This document shows, one piece after another, positions 12,432-23,100 of a stretch of 64,000 nucleotides of DNA. Position 1 is the first letter of the stretch, and every line of letters begins with the position of its first letter. Source of the stretch: an uncultured Bacteroidales bacterium (GTDB taxonomy: Bacteria > Bacteroidota > Bacteroidia > Bacteroidales > F082); NCBI GenBank assembly GCA_937926515.1, contig CALAZZ010000227.1, positions 6,464 through 70,463 of the forward strand. The letters are read 5' to 3'. Both the position numbers and the translations under genes were made by a program. The notes beneath the pieces were generated by a model. That model ran no database searches and had not been told where the DNA came from. It saw only the letters and a program-made list of their open reading frames with translations.

Positions 12432-15400
12432 TTATCTCACCGGATATGGTGGAATTTCAGGCAATTCCGGATAATCTTTCAATTGTTCCATGATGACCTC
12501 AATGGCTTTCAATAATTGGTCATCAATGCCGTCATACTCCCTGGCAGGGTCATTGTCGATAACAATATCAGGATCCACGCCATATCCTTCAATTGCCCAA
12601 TTACCATCCTCATCAAAAGGAGCAAATTCCGGTTTACGTAAATCTCCTCCATCAATCAGCGGCAACGGACCCCTGATACCAACCACTCCACCCCAGGAGC
12701 GGGTCCCGATAGTAGTGCCGATGCCATGTTTTTTAAACTGATATGGGAACAGGTCGCCATCAGAGGCCGAATAGCGGTCGAGGAGTAACACTTTTGGACC
12801 ATACATCATGCCTCCCGGCTTGATATTCACGTCGTTGTTGCGTGACATGCCGAAAAGGGAAACCTCACGACGCAAACGTTCAATAATCATCGGTGACACA
12901 TTACCACCACCATTACCTCTATCATCAATGATCAGTCCTTTCTTATTCAATTGCGGGTAATAATATTTAACGAATTCATTCAGACCTCCGGGACCCATGT
13001 CAGGTATATGAATATAGCCAATCTGGCCATCAGTAGCATCATTAACTTTCCGGATATTTTCATGAACCCATGTATAGTAATACAAATTGGATTCATCTGC
13101 TGTAGGCACGACAATTGTTTTGCGAGCTCCTGAAACGTCTGCCTTATTGTTCAGTGAGAGCTCCACCTGCATTCCGGCCATTCCGGTCAATGCCTGATAG
13201 ATGTCAACCATATCCTTTGTTGAGACTCCGTTGACGGCGATAATATAATCACCTTCATTCGCATCAACACCTATTTCAGTAAGAGGTGAGCGCAATGATT
13301 CAGCCCAGTTTTCACCTTTCAGTATTTTATCTATACGGTAATATCCTGACTCATCACGACTGAGCCGGGCACCAAGCAATCCCATTTGAATCCTGTCAGG
13401 TGAAGGTCGGTCACCACCGTTAATATAAGCATGCCCTACATTGAGCTCTGCGATCAACTCGCCCATGACATAGTTAAGATCGTTTCTATCGTTGACATAA
13501 GGAAGCAAAACAGCATACTTTTCGCGCATAGCCTGCCAATCAATACCGTGCATGTTTGGAGCATAGAAAAAGTCGCGCATCTGACGCCACACTTCATGGT
13601 AGATCTGTTTCCATTCTTCGCGCAGGTCAATCCAAACTTTCATGCCTGAAAGGTCAGCATGCTCATCAATTTTGATGCTCGATTTTGGAGCATCTATCAC
13701 GGCATACTTGTCACGCTCTGCAATAAGCATCTTCTTATTGTCGGCAGAAAGAATAAACCTTCTGTAGTTTCCCAGGTCTGTTTCTTTTTTAGCTTTCAGA
13801 TCATAATACTTCATCCCTGCCTGGCTGCCACGTGCATTGAATACGTAATACAATCCTCCCTCAACCGGACTAAGATTATAATAATTGCCGGCGCTCACAG
13901 GAATTTGAACCACACGGTTGTAAATATGGTCAAAATCAATTTTGACTTCTTTGGAATCGGACTTTTTAGCCTCCTCCTTGTCATTGTCCTTCTCATCATC
14001 CTTGTTGATGCTGACCTCGTTATTTTCAGGCTCAAAAGGTGATGGCGTATCTTTCTGAAGGGTAACAAAATAAGGTTTTGCCATATCAATATAGACATGA
14101 TTCCATTCGGTCCAGCTGTAAACAGGACTGAAGTCGCGGGTGGATACGAAATAAAGGTATTTCCCATCCGGATCGAAAACAGGGCTACTCGCATTGTACC
14201 ATTCGTCAGTAACGGGATTTGTTTCACCTGTTTTTAGATTATAAGCATAGATACGGCTGACACCAAAAGTTGAAGGCAATGAATAAGCGATCCAGTTGTT
14301 GTCAGGCGACCAACTATAAGATCTTATTTCAAATGATTTTGAAGTGGCCACAAAGGTTACTTGCCTGGAGTCTATATCCAGATAATTCAATCTACCCATT
14401 TTATCTGACCAAAGCAGTTTTTTACTATCAGGAGACCAAAGAGGTTGATATTTATAAGTATCCGAATCGGATGTAAGCTGAATCGCTTTTTCCGTTCCAC
14501 TTTGGTCAGTGATATATATCTCATCCTCACCAGTTTGATCTGAAATATAGGCAATGTACTTCCCATCCGGAGACCAACTGACATCGCGCTCATGAACACC
14601 TGATGTAGCTGTCAGGTTGCGCGTAATACCAGATTTAGCAGGAACAGTGTACACATCACCCCTGGCACCAAAAACAATTCTGCTTCCATCAGGTGCAATA
14701 TCATAAGTATTGATATGCTTTGAAGCATCAATATAACGCGTACGACCTGAAGATAAGTCGGTTTGGATGCTGACTGGTATGCGTGTACTCTGTCGAGTAC
14801 TTAGATCAAAGTTATACAGATAGCCGCCATGTTCATAAATGATGGAAGAAGTACCTAGTGAAGGAAACTTGATATCAAAATCAGTATAATCTGTAAGTTT
14901 AGTTATGTCGCCTGTATTGGTATTATAGGCAAAAAGGTTCATGGTACGGTCACGGTCCGAAAGAAAATAAATCATATCGCCATGCCACATCGGGAAAATG
15001 TTCTGCGATCTATGGTTGGTTACATTAACTGTTTCACGTGTCTCAAAGTCATGTATCCAGACATCGTCAGCCATGCCACCCTGGTAGTATTTCCATGTGC
15101 GAAACTCCCTGAATACCCGGTTAAAGGCCATTTTGGTACCATCCGGCGAAAATGAACACCACCCTCCATCTGAAAGAGGAAGCTCTTCAGCCATGCCACC
15201 GGCAATGTTCGCAACAAATAGTTGTCCCTTAAAGCTGTTAAAGGTTTGTTTTCGTGATCGAAATACAATCTCATCGTTATTACGCCAGGTCATAACAATG
15301 TTGTTAGGTCCCATGCGGTCCGACAAGTCATCTCGACCAAGGGTTGCGGTAAACGTAAGGCGTTTTGGTTCACCTCCGGTGGATGGCACAACATATACTT

Positions 15401-15665
15401 CTGTATTGCCATCGTACTGGCCTGTAAATGCAATATGACTGCCATCAGGTGAGAAACGAGGGAAGATTTCGAACCCTTTTGGATCCGTTGTGAGTTTCAC
15501 AGCCACCCCACCTTCAAGTGGAACAGTGTACAAATCACCAGCATAACTAAAGACTACCTGGTTTCCATGAACAGCCGGAAAACGAAGCAGCCTCATTTCA
15601 TCATTTGCATGTGCAGCAGTTGCCATAAATAAAGCAACTGCTAAGAGGATAATTGTTCTTTTCAT
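12432..15665 (-). CDS. Tricorn-like protease (S41 peptidase with PD40/beta-propeller repeats and a PDZ domain), secreted
   Basis: 1077 aa. N-terminal signal peptide (MKRTIILLAVALFMATAAHA). Repeated SPDG..IA motifs (RFSPDGSHIAFTG, SWSPDGKYIAYISD, WSPDSKKLLWSD). PDZ-like GDYIIAVNGVSTKDM. S41 core LIIDDRGNGGGNVSPMIIERL. Confidence 0.85.
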   Translation of the reverse strand: MKRTIILLAVALFMATAAHANDEMRLLRFPAVHGNQVVFSYAGDLYTVPLEGGVAVKLTTDPKGFEIFPRFSPDGSHIAFTGQYDGNTEVYVVPSTGGEPKRLTFTATLGRDDLSDRMGPNNIVMTWRNNDEIVFRSRKQTFNSFKGQLFVANIAGGMAEELPLSDGGWCSFSPDGTKMAFNRVFREFRTWKYYQGGMADDVWIHDFETRETVNVTNHRSQNIFPMWHGDMIYFLSDRDRTMNLFAYNTNTGDITKLTDYTDFDIKFPSLGTSSIIYEHGGYLYNFDLSTRQSTRIPVSIQTDLSSGRTRYIDASKHINTYDIAPDGSRIVFGARGDVYTVPAKSGITRNLTATSGVHERDVSWSPDGKYIAYISDQTGEDEIYITDQSGTEKAIQLTSDSDTYKYQPLWSPDSKKLLWSDKMGRLNYLDIDSRQVTFVATSKSFEIRSYSWSPDNNWIAYSLPSTFGVSRIYAYNLKTGETNPVTDEWYNASSPVFDPDGKYLYFVSTRDFSPVYSWTEWNHVYIDMAKPYFVTLQKDTPSPFEPENNEVSINKDDEKDNDKEEAKKSDSKEVKIDFDHIYNRVVQIPVSAGNYYNLSPVEGGLYYVFNARGSQAGMKYYDLKAKKETDLGNYRRFILSADNKKMLIAERDKYAVIDAPKSSIKIDEHADLSGMKVWIDLREEWKQIYHEVWRQMRDFFYAPNMHGIDWQAMREKYAVLLPYVNDRNDLNYVMGELIAELNVGHAYINGGDRPSPDRIQMGLLGARLSRDESGYYRIDKILKGENWAESLRSPLTEIGVDANEGDYIIAVNGVSTKDMVDIYQALTGMAGMQVELSLNNKADVSGARKTIVVPTADESNLYYYTWVHENIRKVNDATDGQIGYIHIPDMGPGGLNEFVKYYYPQLNKKGLIIDDRGNGGGNVSPMIIERLRREVSLFGMSRNNDVNIKPGGMMYGPKVLLLDRYSASDGDLFPYQFKKHGIGTTIGTRSWGGVVGIRGPLPLIDGGDLRKPEFAPFDEDGNWAIEGYGVDPDIVIDNDPAREYDGIDDQLLKAIEVIMEQLKDYPELPEIPPYPVR

Positions 15666-15844
15666 TATTTAATTTTTAGTTGAACAAAAAAAGTAATATT
15701 AAAAGTGTTAGAAAGATATATGTCAATTTAAGTAATGCCGCAAGAATATACTGTTTTCTCTGATCAACTGCTTATATAATAAAGTCAAAAAAAACAGCCT
15801 TTGGTTGCAATTTGACCTGAAGAACACAATATTTCGCTTGTAGT

Positions 15845-18800
15845 TTAACATGTAATAACCTCAAAATCATCATGAAGGTATACCAGGTAAGCATCGACCT
15901 TTTTGGTGCCTACTTCATGTATCAACTGTTTATAAACCTGCATCTGTTGCAAGTGTTTTTCATCCGGCAATCCGGTTTTGTAATCCAGAATCATCATGTG
16001 ATCATCAAAAGAAACACAACGATCAGGACGATATACCTTGCCGTCAGCTGAAATTAATTCGCGCTCCAGGAACAATGTAGCACCTTCCCGGAAACCTGAC
16101 ATTAATACCGGGTGTGCGAACATGCGGTCAAACAGCAACTTGAGCTCTTCGTGTTGTAAAGGCGAAATTGTTCCTTCCTCAAGATACTGATCCAATACCC
16201 TCTGAGCATCATTTGAATACTGGATTTCAGCTAATATTTCGTGTACCAATTGTCCCCAATATACAGCTTTGCCTTCATCTGAATATATCCAATGTGAAAT
16301 CGGATCAGGTGCTATCCTGAGTTTGGAGGTCCAGTCATCTGAAATAAACACATGGTCAGGATCCAAATCCTTTGAGGTAGGAGTTTTTAAGTCAGGCAGT
16401 GCATTTTCTTCATTTCCAATACAATAAACATACTTGTCATCCTGCCAGAGCTGTTTGTGGGTGAGGTACTGCTTGAAATAATGCTGATAACTTGCATTGG
16501 CTTGTTTACCGGGCAATTCCGTCATAATATACAACCGTCTGGAAGCACGTGTCATAACCACATACAGCAAGTTGACCATATCAAGGTGCGATTTAATGGT
16601 TTCTTCCTCATACATTTCCGCCAGGCGCGTTTGTTTAAGTTTTTTACTTACTCTAACCAAGCCAACCGGCAGGCCCGGCACTTCATCCGGTAATAGATCG
16701 ACCCAGAATTCCTTCTTCGTCAGGCGTATGCCCTTGGTCGCAAAAGGGAAAATAACCACCGGAAATTCAAGTCCTTTTGCCTTGTGAATGGTCATTACCT
16801 GTATGGCATTTGCACTTTGAGGTACGATTACTGAGAGTTTTTCCTTTTCTTCAGACCAGTGTTCAAGAAACTCAACCAGCGAGCCCTGCCTTCTAACCTG
16901 GAATTCATGAACAAACTCCAGGAAAAACTGCACATAGGGATCAGGTAATTTATCAAAGCCAGACTGTCGCAGCAATCTTTCAACCATATCATACAAACTC
17001 ATAGTATGATATAACACAGGTGAGAACGAAAAGCCTATGCTTTGGAGGATATTGGTAAACACCTGCATTTGTTGTTCCGGGTCAGTGGCCATCAGGGTTT
17101 GCAATTGCAAGCTCCAGTTGAAATCCTGCTCAGGATACAATACTCCCAGGTCATGAAATATGGTTGTTATGGCTACAGGCTCATAACCATGTTGTATCAG
17201 TTTCATTAGGTTTACCAAGAGCCTGACCTTGATTGATGATTCGAGTAATAGTGCTTCGGCCGAAACAACCTCTAATCCTTTGTTGGTGAGGTAGCGGGCT
17301 ATCTGGCTTCCTTCTGAGTTCTTCTGCGTCAATATGGCAATTTCACTAGGCCGGAATCCTTCTGCAATACGACTAAGAAGGTTCTCATGTATCTCAGCCA
17401 GGTATACTTGATCAATTGTAGCATTGTCATCATCATTCTTTAGATACTGTATCTGAACATAGCCTGATCCTTTTGGTTTTACAGCTTCCTGTTTATGATC
17501 GGTGTAGGCTTCGCGTATATGATCAGGCAAGCCGGCAGAGACATAATCGAAGAAATCGTTGTTGAATTGTACAATTACTTCATCCGATCGGTAATTGTAG
17601 GCCAGGTTTCTGTAATCGTATTGTGCTTTCAGGTTGAATTCAGCATCAGCAATCATGTGATTACCATCCTTTCGGTATATGGAAGGCAATTGCATAAATT
17701 GCTCCACCTCACCACTTCTGAAACGGTATATGGCCTGCTTGGCATCACCCACAACGAGTGTCAGATTCTGATTAGCCAATGCATTGTCTATTAACGGAAT
17801 AAAATTATGCCATTGCAAAACAGAAGTATCCTGAAATTCATCAATCAGATAATGCTGGAAACGCTCACCTAACCGTTCGTAAATATATGCTACGGCAACA
17901 TTGGTCAACAACCTGGCTATCCGCTTATTAAATTCTGATATATGGACAAGATTCTCTTCAGATCTGATCTCTTCCATATTATGTTGGAGTTCAGACAATA
18001 CAGCAAGGGAATACATATTCTTTGCCAGCTCTGATTGAAGCAAATACAGTTCAAAACCTGAATCCAATACATTCATGATGGTCTGCAAATGTTCATCTAG
18101 CTTAGGTGCAATGGAGTTTATGCTTGCAAATGCCAACTTGTCTTTCTCACCCTTTCCTGAAGTCCATTTCCCATCTTGCGACACTTTGGCTGCACTGCTG
18201 TTGTTTCTGGCATCTGCGATATTTCTTGCTGCTATCTTGTTAAGAAAGGCATATACACCATTGCGTCCGTTCGCCAAATGCTCAGGCTGGATCTCGTGCT
18301 GATGAATCAATTGCAATGCATCAACTGCCGGTGATGCCAATTTGCTTTCAAACCGACTGGTGCTGGCGTTTAAGGTATGGATGGCCTTTGTCAACACTTC
18401 AGCATTTACTTCTTCCAGTTTGTTGATGTGGTCAAAGCCGTCTTCGCGAAGAAGATAATTACAAAACCTGGCTATGTCATGTTCAATCAACCAGCTGCCT
18501 TCGTCGCTCATGCGTTGCAACAGAAATCTCAATAAGGTATTGGTAATGTAATCATCAGTACCTACTTTATCAATCAACATTTCAACTGCCAGATTCACAA
18601 CTGCCCGATCATTTAATTCAACTTCGAATTGATAAGGCAAATGCAGGTCATGCGCAAAGGTCCTGACCAGTCTATACACAAAAGAATCAATTGTACCTAT
18701 AGAAAAATCACTGTAATTATGAATTACCAATGAAAGTACATCAATAGCACGTTGGCGTATAAAACCTTTATCCATACCTGATTCGCTAACCAGCTGATCA

Positions 18801-19021
18801 AGCAAAGGATCGTCGCCTTGATCTGATTGAGCGGTATCGGCTAATTTGGAAAGCGCATGAACTATGCGCTCTTTCATTTCATTGGCTGCCTTATTGGTAA
18901 AAGTAACAGCTAAAATCCGGCTATACTTATCAGGGTTCTTAAGCACAAGCAACAGGTATTCTTTCACGAGTGTGAATGTTTTGCCTGAGCCTGCTGACGC
19001 TTTGTAAACCCGGAATGACAT
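15845..19021 (-). CDS. AddA/RecB-like SF1 (UvrD-type) helicase fused to a C-terminal PD-(D/E)XK nuclease
   Basis: 1058 aa. Helicase motifs I ASAGSGKTFTL, II DEFQDTS, III VGDAKQAIYRFRSG, V VMTIHKAKGLEFPVVIF, VI LLYVVMTRASRRLYI. C-terminal nuclease motif ...MMILDYKTG...QMQVYKQL. The ATG directly abuts the stop of the upstream gene. Confidence 0.85.
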   Translation of the reverse strand: MSFRVYKASAGSGKTFTLVKEYLLLVLKNPDKYSRILAVTFTNKAANEMKERIVHALSKLADTAQSDQGDDPLLDQLVSESGMDKGFIRQRAIDVLSLVIHNYSDFSIGTIDSFVYRLVRTFAHDLHLPYQFEVELNDRAVVNLAVEMLIDKVGTDDYITNTLLRFLLQRMSDEGSWLIEHDIARFCNYLLREDGFDHINKLEEVNAEVLTKAIHTLNASTSRFESKLASPAVDALQLIHQHEIQPEHLANGRNGVYAFLNKIAARNIADARNNSSAAKVSQDGKWTSGKGEKDKLAFASINSIAPKLDEHLQTIMNVLDSGFELYLLQSELAKNMYSLAVLSELQHNMEEIRSEENLVHISEFNKRIARLLTNVAVAYIYERLGERFQHYLIDEFQDTSVLQWHNFIPLIDNALANQNLTLVVGDAKQAIYRFRSGEVEQFMQLPSIYRKDGNHMIADAEFNLKAQYDYRNLAYNYRSDEVIVQFNNDFFDYVSAGLPDHIREAYTDHKQEAVKPKGSGYVQIQYLKNDDDNATIDQVYLAEIHENLLSRIAEGFRPSEIAILTQKNSEGSQIARYLTNKGLEVVSAEALLLESSIKVRLLVNLMKLIQHGYEPVAITTIFHDLGVLYPEQDFNWSLQLQTLMATDPEQQMQVFTNILQSIGFSFSPVLYHTMSLYDMVERLLRQSGFDKLPDPYVQFFLEFVHEFQVRRQGSLVEFLEHWSEEKEKLSVIVPQSANAIQVMTIHKAKGLEFPVVIFPFATKGIRLTKKEFWVDLLPDEVPGLPVGLVRVSKKLKQTRLAEMYEEETIKSHLDMVNLLYVVMTRASRRLYIMTELPGKQANASYQHYFKQYLTHKQLWQDDKYVYCIGNEENALPDLKTPTSKDLDPDHVFISDDWTSKLRIAPDPISHWIYSDEGKAVYWGQLVHEILAEIQYSNDAQRVLDQYLEEGTISPLQHEELKLLFDRMFAHPVLMSGFREGATLFLERELISADGKVYRPDRCVSFDDHMMILDYKTGLPDEKHLQQMQVYKQLIHEVGTKKVDAYLVYLHDDFEVITC

Positions 19022-20101
19022 TTAAGGAATGATGCTTATTTTTATACTCGACTGCTGTATGCCATCAGAAACCTGCAACAAATACAGGCCTGGCGGGCTG
19101 TTCTTATTAACATGAAGGATGTTTGCTGTTTCAACGTTCGATACCCGCCATTTCTCCTCCCAGATCAACTGACCTGCAAGGCTAAAGAGTTTTAAATTGA
19201 GGTCTCTATGCCAAATTTTTTGATCTTTACTTATCGTAAAAGCACCTGAATTAGGATTTGGATATACCTGAATTCCATTAGCACCGGATATATCAATTTC
19301 AGGAATTGCAACATTCAGGTCCCGCACTGAATCCTGGTAGGTGATGACGGTACCCAACATATCATCAACCACCACCTGTAACAAGGGGAGCCCCATATTC
19401 TTTCCAAGCCATTTGTATTCGGTATAGGTCCGGTAAACCGAAAATCCCTCACCGATCGAATCTATGTATATACTATCAAATTCATTTACAACAGATTTAA
19501 GCCTAAGGGTTTCGAAAGTGCCAAAAGGCGTTGTGAGGTTGCCCCAGCCATCAACCTCAGTAGAACGTTCGCGTTCGACTAATAAATAACCTATGTCTTC
19601 AAGTTCAAATTCCAATCCGGTTTCACCCGAATCCGTGCTGCCATACTCAAGTGGAAAACGATACCACACATCAGGGTTATCGTATTTGAGGGGAAGATGG
19701 AGTCCGTTTATTTCAAGGCCCAGACCCACATCACTGAAAACTGAGGATGTTTTACTAAAAAATTGATAGCTATCCCCAATTGGTATTGGTAAAACCGTTG
19801 AAAAATTATCAGATTTCAACACCAAATTGGAAGAGGTTAAAAAGAAAGGCCAAAAAATCAGAGGAGTTTCCAGCACTGTCATAAAAGTATCAATATTTTG
19901 ATAGAAAGGTTGTAACTCACTAAAATCCCAACTATGATTTTCGCCTGTGTCAGTATAATCATAAAACAATGGATCAAAACCAATGCTTATCCTAATGGTG
20001 TCACCTGCCGAAGGCATATCACTGTTGAGGATGGTAATCTGGCTCAACAGCGGAATGGCACCAATCAACAGAGCGATGGAAGTAAAGATCAATTTTCTCA
20101 T
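19022..20101 (-). CDS. Hypothetical secreted protein with a T9SS C-terminal sorting domain
   Basis: 359 aa. Signal peptide MRKLIFTSIALLIGAIPLLSQ. C-terminal ~80 aa IQVYPNPNSGAFTISKDQ...GLYLLQVSDGIQQSSIKISIIP fits the type A T9SS CTD pattern. No recognisable catalytic motif. Confidence 0.7.
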   Translation of the reverse strand: MRKLIFTSIALLIGAIPLLSQITILNSDMPSAGDTIRISIGFDPLFYDYTDTGENHSWDFSELQPFYQNIDTFMTVLETPLIFWPFFLTSSNLVLKSDNFSTVLPIPIGDSYQFFSKTSSVFSDVGLGLEINGLHLPLKYDNPDVWYRFPLEYGSTDSGETGLEFELEDIGYLLVERERSTEVDGWGNLTTPFGTFETLRLKSVVNEFDSIYIDSIGEGFSVYRTYTEYKWLGKNMGLPLLQVVVDDMLGTVITYQDSVRDLNVAIPEIDISGANGIQVYPNPNSGAFTISKDQKIWHRDLNLKLFSLAGQLIWEEKWRVSNVETANILHVNKNSPPGLYLLQVSDGIQQSSIKISIIP

Positions 20102-20105
20102 GGCA

Positions 20106-23100
20106 TCAGGGATTAGATGGTTTCTTTTTTCGTCTTCTTAAAAGATCACCAAAGCTATCAAATTCCTGCCGATATGAAATGCCAAGACCTTGTGTGTAGG
20201 GCACAAAATTATCGTATGCCCTGCTGCTGAACCACATACTTGTATTTGAATGATTAAATGCTTTAAGTCTAAGTCTGCCATCCTGTGTGAGTAGCACACT
20301 TATATCCACATCGCCAACAATATTACTTGCATTTTGCGTTGAATGCCGGTTTCCGATCACACCAAAATTTCCATCAATGGTCACCCTGTCATTAAAGAGC
20401 TGTGTTGATAGTGCCACTTCAAGCTCTTCATTCGAAAGGCGATCGCCGGGCTTGTAATGTAACCCAATATCAAAATCGCGGCTTATCTGCGACAACCAGT
20501 TACTTAATTGGTTTGATATCATATTAATGGATGAGGCTCCTAAGGATGCTGTTTCACCTCCGGTATAACTAAAGCTACCGAGCACAAGCAACGAAAGCAT
20601 CTGTTGGGTCATCATAGCATCGTTGGTGGTATCAAGCACAGAAAAAACCATTTGACGTGTTTCTGTATCCACATTTGGCAGCCTGATGCTGAATTTTATT
20701 GTTGGATTAAAAAGTTGTTCAGTTAGATGGATAACAGCCTCTACATTGATCCGGCTTCGCATTGTGCTGTCGATGCCAGGGCCAAGTGTTGCAATTGATG
20801 TTTTCAGTCGATATAGCCCTTTGATATCAATATCAGCATCATACGGGTCACCTGTCCAGGATATGCGCCCGCCCTGCATCAGCTCAAAGCGCCTGCGCAC
20901 CAGGTTTTCGAACATGAAATTAAACTCCCCGGCCCTTACGATATAGTCGCCTTGCAGCGAAAAGTCACCCGCTGAGTTCACCTTGAGGTTTATATTCCCG
21001 TTTCCGGTTGACTCCAGGCTTCCCATATTAGCCGGCAAAAATATACGTAGATTGGCATCAGGTGTAACTGTGGTTTCAAGGTTGATATCAAAACCCTGAA
21101 TAGCGGCTTGGGGTTCATCCTCCACAACTTCTGCTTCGGGATCGCGCAAAAAAACTATGAAATCATTATCATAAACCGTAGTGGCAGTGGCCAGTGGAAT
21201 TGTGATATTGGTTCCACGACGTGTAATGGCTTTAATATTTAAACCTACATTGCTGATCTCACCACTAATATTTACATCACCGCTAACCACCGCTGCTCCA
21301 TAAAACAATTCATTCATGGTTCTGTCAGTGTTCAATGACAGAAAATCCTCTGGTTTCAATTGCAGATTAAAACGGAAATTTTTAAAATAGTCGTGAGTGA
21401 TTGCACCACTCACATTTGCTTTATTACCCAAAGTGTCAAATAGGATGAGTCTGTCGAAATTAATCCGGTCGGGGTAGATATCAAACTCGTGCGACAAGGA
21501 ATATTTCACGTTCAGGTAATCTATCAGAAAGGCGGTACGCATCAGGTTGATCTTACCACTTAATTCAGGGCTTGAGGTTTTACCATTGATGGCTATTCCA
21601 CCGGATGCCAGACCCTCCACTTTGCTGAGCACACCCTCCAGAAAAGGAGCAATAGTTTTCAACCTGAAATTATCAAGCTCAAGCTCAAAATTCAGGTTTT
21701 GGTCGGTACGATTGGGGTAAAAGAAGCCCGTGAAATGTAACATGCGGCTTGCAGCAATGTTACCAATGTTAATGATTTGGGCATTCAAATACAAGGCTTC
21801 ATCCAGGTTGCTCCAGGTACTTAATATCCTAGCTTCACCAAGGCGCTCACGATTGAGGTGCAAGTCTGTTAATTGCAGGTTGGAGACAAAAGTGGGTTGG
21901 TACTTCAGATTGGCCAGCATGAGGTCTCCATTGACGGCACCATCAAAATCCAGGCCGGCACCCTGAGTCAAAAGATCAAAATTCGAAATGTCCCAATTAT
22001 GAAACTGAACATTCAGTGAATCAGCTTCACCTAGTGGGATTCTGCCCTGAAGACCAATCGATTGATTACGCAATCGAATATGAAAATCCTGAAGCAAAGT
22101 GTACTCCTCTGCAAAAACAATACGGTTTCCACGGCTTATCCGCCATACTGAGTCGTTCACAACCAAATCAGCTGAAGAAATGTGCAACTCGGGGAAGCCA
22201 TCCTCCCTGGATGCATAATAACCGTGTATATCACCCTTGTTTCGTGCTATGGTCCTTTCGTCACGCCATTGCAGCCTGAATAAAATACTGTCGTTGGTCA
22301 GAGAAATGGCAAAATCCGGGCTTTCTATTCCCAAAACTGTGGGGTCACCCGGAATGCTGTCACGAAATATGATCTCATTGCTGTTGAAGTTTAGGTTTGC
22401 CTGCCACAGATCACTCTGGGTGTGCAGTACCAAATTATTCAATTTAATATTACCAAATGTGAGCTGGCCGGCTCTGAAAGTGGTGTTCAGCACCTGATCA
22501 CGGTTGGTAAATACACCGCTGTAATGGGCATCTGGCGACAGCGTCACAGATGGCATCAGAAGACGGCTCAATGCTTCGGTATCTTTGAATTGCAGTTCAA
22601 TGAAAAAATCCTGTAAGGAAACTGAATCCGATTCAGGCTCAAAATTTCTGAATTGCACATAGTTCGCTGTAAAATGTTTAAATGCTTCATGGAGTCCTCC
22701 AAAATCAATTTCACCACCCAGGTCCAGGTCAAGAAAATCAGATTCTATGGTCAGCCTTCGTGGATACAGCCCATGGTTGGTGGTTTTCAATAATAAGCTG
22801 TCCATGTGGTAGGTATCACGACTATCCGTATATCGGGTATTTTCAATGCTTATTGTTCCAACTAGGTTATCCAGATGGGAACCGGTGAAATTCACATTGA
22901 TGTCGGTGCTCAACTGCATGATGGTGTCGTTATCCAATAAGTTTAGGTTGTAAAGATCAGCATGTGTGAGGATAGCACCAAAATCAAAAGCCGGCACAGT
23001 ATCAGCAAAATTAGCGCGGCCAAGAAACTCGAACTTGAGTTTAGGATCATCAATAGAGAGCCTTCCGTTAAAGGCTTTTCCGGTAAGATCACCAGCCAGC